Positions 51,871 to 61,789 of a stretch of DNA of 64,000 nucleotides are shown one piece after another (position 1 is the first letter of the stretch; each line of letters starts with the position of its first letter). A program made the position numbers and the translations under genes. This stretch comes from Hemiscyllium ocellatum (lineage: Eukaryota): NCBI RefSeq assembly GCF_020745735.1, contig NC_083418.1:68589776-68653775 (forward strand), in the 5' to 3' direction. Under the pieces are notes generated by a model. That model was not told the DNA's origin. It was given only the letters and a program-made list of their open reading frames with translations, and did no database searches.

Positions 51871-51997
51871 GAAATTCTCAGAATAGACCAGAAAATGCTC
51901 CACCTGCACACAGGCTTCAATCCAAAACAAAATGACTCCAACTACAGGACCGAAGCTGCAGAGTGCAGATGGTGCCTGATCCAGACTCATGATCAAA
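51871..51997 (+). other. Candidate 127-nt exon
   Basis: T-tract then gag|GAAATT...CATGATCAAA|gtaagt; A/C-rich island in T-rich DNA; open frame EILRIDQKMLHLHTGF...WCLIQTHDQ, or 5'UTR ending ATG ATC AAA. Confidence 0.4.
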
Positions 51998-52191
51998 GTA
52001 AGTGTGGACAAGCTCATTGGAGTTCTGGTTAAATCGATCTTTACAGTTTCTTCCACTAAAGCTGCTTCATTGGCAATCAATCTTCAGTTTTCTTACTGAC
52101 AGTTATACTAGTGGAAATTTGGTACACGAGCCCTTCTACACAGAATCCACCCCTAAGAACTCCATTTGTCTTGCTTTGATTTTAAAAAAAA

Positions 52192-52510
52192 TTCTTTCAC
52201 AGGATGACAGCATTGCTGTCTAGACCAGCATTTATTGCCCATCCCTAATTGCCCAGAGGGCAGTTGAGAGTCAATCACATTGCTGTGGGTCTGGAGTTAC
52301 ATGTAGACCAGACTAGGGAAGGATGGAAGTTTCCTTCCCTAAAGGACATTAGTGAGTCAGATGGATTTTTCCGACAATCAACAAAGGACTCATGGTCATC
52401 ATTAGACACTTAATTCCAGGTTTTGAACTCAAATTCCATCATCTGATTTAACCCTAAGCCCCCAGAACAACCCGGGCTCTGGATTAACAGTCCAGCAATA
52501 ATTGCTTCCC
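52192..52510 (-). mobile_element. SINE family 2
   Basis: ccagcatttattgcccatccctaattgccc...cacattgctgtgggtctggag. Confidence 0.8.
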
Positions 52511-52554
52511 CTATTATTTAAGAGCTGTCTTGTTCTCCTGGTTTTATTCAGCAT

Positions 52555-52865
52555 TTCTTTAGTGGTATTAACATTAGATTATTAACCTAGTGTCTCAGGT
52601 CTTGGGTTTGAATCCTGCCATGTCAAATTGTGAAATTTGAATTCAATAAAAATCTGCAATTAAGAGTCTACCGATGATCATAAAATCCATTGTCAGTTGT
52701 TAGAAAAACCTAATGCCCTTTAGGGAAGGTAACCTTCCATCCCTATCCTCACATGGTCTGGCTTAAGGTGACTCCAGATCCACAGTAATATGGTTGACTC
52801 TTAATTGCCCTTGGGACAATTAGGAAAGGCTGAGGCAGTGATACCCTCATCCCCTGGTTATTAAA
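52555..52865 (+). mobile_element. SINE family 2
   Basis: tagtggtatta...gggtttgaatcctgccatg...tggttgactcttaattgccc. Confidence 0.75.
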
Positions 52866-53149
52866 AAAGAAAAGATGGTAATATTACACTGGGCATATTA
52901 AAGTCCCCTGTTTGTCACAAACTGATGATTTGACTGGCCTGAGTGTTTGGTTGCCTGTTCAGTATTCTCCCCACTCCTGTTTTGTTCACTTCAATGTATT
53001 TTGAATGCTGTCCATTTACAATGCCGCCCATACCTGAGAAATCTTGTCAATTCTTCCTTTTAATGCTGTCTTGCCCAAAGTATTTCCAGGTTGTTTTGTT
53101 TTTGAGTTTGGAAACAAGAGTTCTGTTCATTGCACTTTTCCTTTCGAAG

Positions 53150-53203
53150 ACTAGAGGCACTGTGGATGGTCTTGGCATCCGAGGCCAAGAGGATGACGTA
53201 TTG
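53150..53203 (+). CDS. Candidate 54-nt frame-preserving exon (TRGTVDGLGIRGQEDDVL or LEALWMVLASEAKRMTY)
   Basis: cattgcacttttcctttcgaag|ACT...TTG|gtcagt; length divisible by 3; purine/GC-rich against T-rich flanks. Confidence 0.35.
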
Positions 53204-53674
53204 GTCAGTTTTCCTCTTCTACCAACTCTCAATGTCCTTCGTCAGTGAGCTGAGGGAACTCCCTGGCCACACATGAATAATGGTGCCATTTTGTGTGAGT
53301 GAGAGGATGAGGGCAAAGCTGAGGTTTTCAAATCTAAAACTGACATGCGGCTACATTTTGAAATTCGATTCTTCACGTCCCAATTTTGCAGTGCGTGGTC
53401 TCAGCCATGTGCTGGAGGCGAAGACATATGGAAGCTATAAGTGTGATTGTCCCTTTTTCTTTTGAAACATTGAAATGGTTTGATTGAGTTTTATTCAGTG
53501 TAATGCTTCCATTATAAATAATGGCTATCAGCTGTCTGCTTTTGTTTGCAATCTCTCCCTGGGAGCTGTGTGGATTGAAAGTATGAAATGCCAGCAGACG
53601 ATGCCAGAAACAGTCCGTGGGTCAGGCAGCATCTGTGGAGAGAGGTTTATCAGAAATATAACCTGTAAGAAGGA

Positions 53675-53948
53675 CACAGCGCCTGTAGACCCGGGTTCAC
53701 TTCCCGACTCAGGCGACTGACTGTGTGGAGTTTGCACGTTCTCCCCGTGTCTGCGTGGGTTTCCTCCAGGTGCTCCGGTTTCCTCCCACAGTCCAAAGAT
53801 GTGCGGGTCAGGTGAATTGGCCATGCTAAATTGCCCGTAGTGTTAGGTAAGGGGTAATGTAGGGGTATGGGTGGGTGTCGCTTCGGCGTGTCGGTGTGGA
53901 CTTGTTGGGCCGAAGGGCCTGTTTCCACACAGTAAGTAATCTAATCTA
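53675..53948 (+). mobile_element. HE1-type V-SINE (young subfamily)
   Basis: V-domain, CpGs retained, TAATC tail. Confidence 0.9.
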
Positions 53949-54664
53949 AAAAAAAGGAGCCTGGAGTGGGAACCATGTTGTAATTGGGTGGAATCCATGA
54001 ATGACCTAATCACTAATGCAGTAGATGGTATGATCTGACTGTACTGCATGTATAGTAAAACTTTTCATTGTACCTAGGTACATGTGACAATAATAAATCA
54101 AAATCAAAATAATATCATTTGTGAAATGATGGAAATAAAAGGTGTATATGATGTTACAAGGAGATGTTCTTAGCTGAGTCGCTGATCTCTCTTGTGGGTA
54201 GACTTTCTATCCAGGGGTTTTACTCGTATAAAGTGGTGAAGGATTAATCACAATTCTAGGTTTTGCCATAAAAAACTTGGACTTGACTAGCAAGACGTAG
54301 TTTATTATGTACTAATTAAGATAACAGGTTACATTTAATTTAAGACTGGTTAGGTAGTTCACATTTGATAATTGACATTGGAATCTCCAAAGCGATACCA
54401 GGTGAACAAAGTCACATGGTTACTTCTATTTCAAGGCTTTCCAGGCCAAGTGCCTTATCTGATGTGTAATTAACTTCAGCCAAACAGCAGGACGGGAGGC
54501 AGGTACTTGGTTACAAGCTTCCCCAGCCTAGACTGCGAATTCCATTGGATTCAAGGTGCACAGTGATCAGGTATGCCTTATGAATGTAAAACAGCAAGAA
54601 ACAGAAAAACAAATTGTTAAAGCTTTTATAGTTACGTGAAAAGCAAATGATTAACCAAGACAAA

Positions 54665-55500
54665 TGTTAGTTCGTTGTAGGCAGAGTCACCAAAACAGAT
54701 AATCAGAAATGGAGAAATGACAGAGAAGCTCAATAAATATTTCTTTATCAGAGAGTAAGCTGCAGGAAGTCTCCCTAAACAAATTGGAATGCTGTAGACT
54801 CAGGAACTGAAAGCCATTCGGTAGGAGTAAAACAGCCATATTGGGGAAATTAATGGGAATGAAACTGATAAATTCCCAGTAACCTTCATCTGAGATGTTT
54901 AAAATGACAACTGCAAGGATCATGGGTCCATTGCTATCACTTTTCAAAATTGTATTCATTCTGCAATGGTACCTGCAGATTGGAACATTGAAAATGTATA
55001 ACCACTGCTAAAGAGAGGATGGCAAGAGAAAATGGAACTACAGACTTATTAACCTTGCATTGGTCATAGGGAAAATATTAGAATCTATTGTAAAAAAATG
55101 TGATTGCTAGATATTTAGAAAATGATTGTCTGACTGGATAGAATCAACATGGATTTATGAGAAGGAAATGATGCTCGTCTGAGTTTTATATGAGGATACC
55201 ACCAGCAGAATGAATTAGGGGGATCTAGTAGATGTAGTATATTTTTGGAACCCTTTTGATAAATACCCATTAAGGAAGTTATTGAAAAAAATTAAAGCGT
55301 ACAGGATTGGATGTAGCATTGATCGAAGATTGGCTAACAGTCAAAAAACAAAGACTAAATGGATTATTCTCAAGTCACCAATTTGGTTTCTCTTGGATTA
55401 GTACTGGAGTCCCAGCTGTTCACCACCTATATTACTGATGTGAATGTGGGATCCAAACGTAGTATTTCCAGGTTTGTACATAATGTCAGACTGGGTGGAA
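54665..55500 (+). mobile_element. Old CR1 ORF2 remnant
   Basis: gtacctgcagattgga (VPADW), atcaacatggatttatgagaagg (QHGF), gtagatgtagtatat. Confidence 0.75.
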
Positions 55501-56543
55501 ATAAAAGCAGCTTCAACACTCTCCTATTCTATTATTACCATCGAACCAGGCAACCAGCTATGGCTCAGTGAAGTGTGCAGGTGACTGTGCAACAATTTGT
55601 GATCCCAGCTGATTTTGCTATTGGATCCTGGACTGAAACCTGGCTTGATCTATCAGGGTTTGTTTTGGTTTGATCAAGGTAATTGTACAATGAAAGGTAA
55701 ACACGCAATGTATCAGATTTGGGTTTAAGAATAAAAGACAGGTTTTTATAGATAATATGTAGATAATAGAGTAAATCCAACTTTACATACAATCAACACT
55801 TAAAGACTTTGAAACACACAGTAAAATGCAATTCCATTAGTGCCAATAGCATCCTATTTAAAGTACTCAACCACTAGAGTGAATGTTCTTCTCTATCTCG
55901 CATAGGGGTTGACTTAGCTATGACACTGATTTCCAGAAATTCTGAGACTGTCTGCAACGTGGTGGTTGTCTTTTTTTCCTCTAATGTATAGTTTTGGTGT
56001 TTTAAAGCATCGATCAACTCTGCACATCAGAGAGGATAAGAGCCTAATGATGGATGACAATACTTCTGTGCATAACGACCAAACTGTACACATCGTTCCC
56101 TGGAAATGACATGGAAATTGATAGATGGTTTCATTTTCTTTTTAAAAGGAGATGTAATGCTTCCAAGTATACAAACAGCCTTGATTGAAATCCCAGTTTA
56201 TAAAAACAAATTATTCTTTTGTGGAAGGTCAGAAATGAGTTCAGGGTAAGTACGGGGTAGTTTCCACATTTGCTGCTGAGTTGATACTCTCTCTCTGATA
56301 GTTGATTTGTCAGCCTGTTATAAAACCTGCTCTTGTGTTTTCGATGAATGAAAACCATTAGGTTGTTAGTCAACATCCTGACCGGGTCAGGTGGAAGAAT
56401 GTCATCTCCGTTGATTTTTCTTAAAGTTATTAATTAATTCTATCCTTTTAGGAACTGTGTACGTGATGCAGATGGGGCCTGATCATAAAAATGATCAAAA
56501 TATCATACAATCAGGTTACAGACAAAGAAACAATTTTTTTTTC

Positions 56544-56841
56544 AGATTAGATTACTTACAATGTGGAAACAGGCCCTTCGGCCCAACAAGTCCACACTGA
56601 CCCGCCGAAGCGCAACCCACCCATACCCCTACATTTACCCCTTACTTAACACTACGGGCAATTTAGCATGGCCAATTCACCTGACCTGCACATCTTTGGA
56701 CTGTGGGAGGAAACCGGAGCACTCTGAGGAAACCCACGCAGACACAGGGAGAATGTGCAAACTCCACACAGTCGCCTGAGGCGGGAATTGAACCCAGGTC
56801 TTTGGCGCTGTGAGGCAGCAGTGCTAACCACTGTGCCACTG
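56544..56841 (-). mobile_element. HE1-type V-SINE (young subfamily)
   Basis: Near-identical to 4254-4447 and 53675-53948. Confidence 0.92.
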
Positions 56842-58054
56842 TGCATGTCCCAGTCAAACTTACATGGCTCTAACAGTGTCACCTGATCAGTAACCTGGAA
56901 TTCCTCCTCTCCCTCACTGTGGGTGTACCTACACCACATGGACTGCAGCAGTTCAATAACATGGCTTCCCATACCTCCCCATTTGGCCATTGGGAATCAC
57001 AGTAAATCCTCACTTTGCTAAAGGTGTTCGTCATCTCGCCAGCATGGAATTTCAGTTGTGAAGCAACACCTCACCTTCAGGAACAACCACTCCACTCCAA
57101 AAGATCACTCCGTTCCATGGGGAGCACAGGATTAGGGTGGTGATCTGAAGTTATTATACTCTGTGCTAAGAACAGAGAACTGAGTTTTGTACAAGGATTT
57201 CCTGTTGATCCTTGAGTTTGCATTGAACTTAATTGAGATGATGTAGAACTCTGAGTGGGATGTGGAATTGCATTGGTAAGCAAAATGGTGAGCTGGGGAT
57301 TGAGAAAAGACCGATAACAGCTGTTTTGTAACGTGCTCATTAACTTTATGTTTGGTTTCCCAGATGTAGAGGGGGCCACACTGTAAACAGTGAAGACCAT
57401 ATTCCAGGTCAGGGGAGATACTCTTCCTCAATCCAGGGGGGTGTTTGAAACATTGGACAATGGTGCAAGAGGAGGTTGCATTTCCTGCATTGGCTTGAAA
57501 AAAATGAGTGGGTGTTTGGGCAGGTTGGAGAAAAAGCCCTGGGAATTATTGAGGGAATGATTCGTTCAGAAATCAGAATCATTGTCATTGTGGATAACAA
57601 TTCCACTACTCCACTATCTGTTGTCGTGCAGGCAGAACAGACTGAACATTTGATTAGAATCAAGTTTTTTTGGGTGATTTAGTATCCTTTTGGTACTAAT
57701 TCTGTAAAGTTATTTGAATTTGGTATTATCTCTCAATGGTAGGCGAGTTCCTGCTTTCCTATGGAAGGAGTGTTAATCCACCTACCGCTCATGATAGTTA
57801 AGGTGAAGCTGTAGTTAATCCGGTTTTGTCCAAGTCAGGGACTGTGGCCTGAATCTCTACTTTCTGATCAGAGGTGCACCTTGACCTGCACCAACAACTC
57901 CATTTAGAAGAGGACTTTACCACTGTCAGTGAGTAAACTAAAGTAGAGATAGTCAGTTAGCTGTTACTGTCTCTTAGAACAGTATGGATGGGTGTAAGAA
58001 CTTAGTCTACTAAAAATCCCAATAACTACTGTTTTCCAGTTTTACTTCACCAAT

Positions 58055-58405
58055 GTTCACTATCTCCAGCACACACTGCAGTAATTCACTAAGCTTCTAT
58101 CTTCCAAACCCATAGCCACTTCCATTTAGAAGGACAAGGAAACAGATACATGGGAACACCACTACCTACAAGATCCCATCCAATTCACTCACTGTTCTGA
58201 TTTGGAAATACACTGCCATTCCTTCAGTGTCACTGGGTCAAAATCCTGGAATCCCCTCCCTAACTGCATTGTGGATCTACCTACACCAAATGGGCTGTGA
58301 AGGATCAGCAAGACAGCTCACCACAACCTCCTTGAGGGCATTTAGGGATGGGCAATAGATACTGGCCCAGCCAGCAACACCCATGGCCCATGCATGAATA
58401 AAATA
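58055..58405 (+). mobile_element. LINE 3' end sharing its tail with SINE family 2
   Basis: ctgggtcaaaatcctggaatcccctccctaac...gggcatttagggatgggcaatagatactggcccagccagc...catgaataaa. Confidence 0.75.
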
Positions 58406-58889
58406 AAGTTGTATCTGAATCTAGTGATTAGAGATTGTGTTGAATTGGCTCAGTAGCTGGAACTCTGACAGAACAAAATCTTAAATGTCACAAAACCATT
58501 CATAACTAGTACAATACGGATCACATTTCTTTGTGTGCATTTGGATTTGACCAAATGCTGATCATATCTTATTATCTTGTGAAATTATCATGTTTGCTGA
58601 ACAAGATTGATGTTATTTGAAGCGTTCTGTTTTGTGGGCTAAAAGTTCAGTTGTCCTTTTGATGCCTGTTTACTGGTTTTAGCTCATAATTTTTAAATTA
58701 CTGTGCGATAAACAAGTTTTTAACCACGCCCATAGGAAGTGAAACAGGAGGTATAGAACGGGTGGGCTGATGGGCTTCTTTACTGTATGATACTATGAAA
58801 ATGCTATGAAGGAGGAAGACTATTCAGAAAGAGAACCCTTTGGGGGATGGGCATGAAAGTGGAACTGAGACCATAAACCAATCAATCAC

Positions 58890-59087
58890 AATAACTGCAG
58901 AGAATGCTGGAGAAAGTCAGCAGGTTTGCCACATCTATACAGAGAAAAAGTTAACATTTCAAGTCCAGTATGACTCTTATTCAGTCATATCGGACTCAAA
59001 TGTTAACTCTCTCTATGGGATGCTGCCAGACCTGCTCAGATTTTCCAGCTCTTTCTGTTTTTATCTCAGATTTTCAGCATCCGCAGT
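58890..59087. mobile_element. Family C PLE inverted-repeat element, decayed
   Basis: gctggagaaagtcagcagg...gttaacattt / aaatgttaactct...gctgccagacctgct. Confidence 0.7.
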
Positions 59088-59165
59088 GATCAGTCATGAT
59101 CTAATTGAACGATGGAGTAAATTGCCAGGCCAAATGGTCTTCTCCCGTTCTTGTGTTCCATCGGT

Positions 59166-59315
59166 CAAAAAGGATGGCGCTAGGAAAGCAAGCAGACCAG
59201 GCAGCATCCAAAGAGCAGGAGAGTTGATGTTTTGGCTTATGCTCCTTGGATGTTGCCAGACCTGCTGTGCTTTTCCAGCACTGTATCTCCATCATCTGCA
59301 GTCCTCACTTTCTCC
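59166..59315 (+). mobile_element. Family B PLE element, 14-bp TSD
   Basis: TSD tgtgttccat(c/t)ggt 59152-59165 / 59316-59329. Confidence 0.75.
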
Positions 59316-59611
59316 TGTGTTCCATTGGTACCCGTGCTGGTTGATGCACAGCTACTCAGTCTTGAGCCAGTTTCTTGTTCACAGTCCTGCCAGTCATTTG
59401 CTCATCGATGTGATGTTTCATTTTGGACCATGCAACATTTTAAAGTGGATTACACCCTCTACAACTCTCAGGCAGAGAGTTTTAGGTCCCCACAATGTGG
59501 AACATGCACTTATTCCCAATGGTGGTCAAAGAAAAGAAATGATTCCAATTCTTGAAACCTCCCAACCCTTGGACGAGAGACCTGGGTTCAGGTCCCACCT
59601 GCTCCAGAGGC

Positions 59612-59899
59612 TAGATTAGATTACTTACAGTGTGGAAGCAGGTCCTTCGGCCCAACAAGTCCACACTAACCCCCCGAAGAGCAACCCACCCAGACTCACT
59701 CCCCTACATTTATCCCGTCACCTAACACTACGGGCAATTTAGCATGGCCAATTCACCTCACCTGCACATTTCTGGACTGTGAGAGGAAATCCACGCAGAC
59801 ACTGGGAGAATGTGCAAACTCCACACATACAGTTGCCTGAGGCAGGAATTGAACCCAGGTTTCTGGCGCTGTGAGGCAGCAGTGCTAACCACCGTGCCA
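59612..59899 (-). mobile_element. HE1-type V-SINE nested in a family 3 SINE
   Basis: Host gggttcaggtcccacctgctccagagg resumes at ggtgtataataccattcctgaacaggttg. Confidence 0.9.
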
Positions 59900-60319
59900 T
59901 CCACTGGTGTATAATACCATTCCTGAACAGGTTGGATTTAAAAAATGGTTAAATTTAAAAAAAAACTTGTCTCTGTCAAAATTATTAGAAAAAAATACAT
60001 CTGGAATATTGAGCCACTGTTGACAATATTTAATGCTGTAATCTTACTCTGAGCATTTGTGAAGCTACAATTGAATTGTGCAGTGTCTGATTTATTCAAA
60101 GGGAAGCTGCAGTGTCTGACAAGAGCAGCATGGATAATTTTCAGAGTTCATGTGATTGTAATGTCAAAGAATTTGATTTTATTTCATTGAAGACTGATTG
60201 AGAGGATGTATTATCAGGACACGGAAAAGCAGAAACATGGAAAATGAAATCTGAGCAGACTATTTAATGTGGCAGTGTAAATATTAGAGTTGGGAGGGGT
60301 TGTTGTGGTTGAAATTCAA

Positions 60320-60450
60320 CAAGACCAGCTACCCGGAGGGAGAGACAATGATCATGGACATTCTCAAAGCCTCCCTGAGAAAATGGAGTATCTCCATTGA
60401 CTTGTGTGGGACTCTGCTTTGAAGAGCCTTTATGAAGGGAGCAACATCTC
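60320..60450 (+). mobile_element. Possible RTE-clade LINE 3' fragment
   Basis: gacattctcaaagcctccctgagaaaatgg reads DILKASLRKW, like the RTE C-terminal KDTLKASLK motif. Confidence 0.4.
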
Positions 60451-61099
60451 TGTCATGCTCTGACCAGTCCTGTGGGAAAGATCATGCAAATAGTGAAAGG
60501 ACGGAGGAAACATCTGATCAGCCCACCCACCTCCTCAATCAGTAATTGCCCCACCAGAGTGGAATCAGTCTCCAGGGACTGCCTATGAAAGAGGGGGGGA
60601 GGATTGGGGGAGGTTAGGTCAGTGGGTGAGGTGGTGTGATCAGTTCAGGTAGTTTGTTGAGTTGGTTATGGGGGGCTTGGTGGGGCCTTTAGTATGGACG
60701 TTTAATTTGGGGCCGAAGAGGGGTGTTGGGGATTCAGTTGTTACATCAGAGTTTTCTGCTGGATTTTTGCAGGGTTACTGTCCTGGTGAGTAACTGTCCA
60801 AATTTTCCAGCAGGGTAGTAGTCTTGCTCGGAAGTTCCTAGGGAGCTGGGAAATGGGCAATCACGTGTTCCAAGTTCTTGGGTAAGTCCCATGGAGACCT
60901 TCCCATGGGACTTCTGAAGGTTCCTCCAACGGATCTCCGAGAGAACATCCTGTCTCTGATTATCTGGATGCTGGAAGATCTGGCAGAGAGCTAATCTGCT
61001 GTTGCAGTTGTTTATTCCACAGTGGACAGTAACTAACAGAAACCATTTGTGATTAGAGTAATGTATCTTAGAGCTGAAAGAGGAGGTCTAGTGTTATTA

Positions 61100-61380
61100 A
61101 TCAGTGGTATTATCATTGTACTGCTTCTCCAGAGACCCAAACAATATTCTGGGGACCTGGGTTCAAATCCTACCATGGTAGAATTTGGATCCAACAAAAC
61201 TCTGGAAGTTGGAGTCTAATAATAGCTATGAATCTATTGTTTTTTGAGAAAAACCCATCTGGTTCTTAGGGAAAGAAACTGCCATCCTTACCTGGTCTAT
61301 ATGTGACCCCAGACCCACAATAATGTGGTTGACTCTTAACTGGCCAGTGATATCCTCACTATGAATGAATGAAAAAAAAA
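61100..61380 (+). mobile_element. SINE family 2
   Basis: cagtggtattatc...gggttcaaatcctaccatgg...(atga)n A-tail. Confidence 0.8.
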
Positions 61381-61424
61381 AGATACTTGGGAAATGAAGG
61401 CTGTTTTTGTGGATCTGGGCGAAT

Positions 61425-61765
61425 ATAGCTGTCAAGGCCAATTTTTGTCTATCCCAACTAGCTTGAGTGGTTTGATCAGTCTTTTCAGAGCCTGTTCAGA
61501 GTCAACAGCATTGTAATAGGTCTAGAGTCACATATCAGCCAAGTAAGGGAAGAACAGAAGGTTTCCTTCCTGAAAGGACATTAATGAAGCAAATATATTT
61601 TGCTTTTGACAGTCAATAGTTTCGGAGTCACCATGACTGAGACAAGCTTGCTATTATAGATTTATTCATTGAATTTAAATTGAGTTATTACAATGAGATT
61701 TGAACCTAAGCACTTAGCACATTAGTCTAGGTGTCTAACATGCTAGTCCAGTGACATTGCCACCA
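61425..61765 (-). mobile_element. SINE family 2 (older)
   Basis: agagtcaacagcattgtaataggtctagagtcaca...tttccttcc. Confidence 0.6.
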
Positions 61766-61789
61766 TCTGACCCCTCCAGCCTGTACAGA

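Noticed and set aside
54150-54660. Possible solo LTRs (also ~12130-12660, ~38500-39130, ~55590-55900)
   Set aside because: Resemblance by eye only; no paired LTR, PBS/PPT or TSD could be confirmed
4115-56990. Recurrent peptides such as MWKQALRPNKST / LAWPIHLTCTSLDCGRKPEH and MLPDLLCFSST
   Set aside because: Translations of HE1 SINE and PLE repeats, not a gene family
58840-59619. Longest ORF (259 aa)
   Set aside because: Runs through a family C PLE, a CR1 tip, a family B PLE and SINE sequence; chance open frame with a non-ATG start
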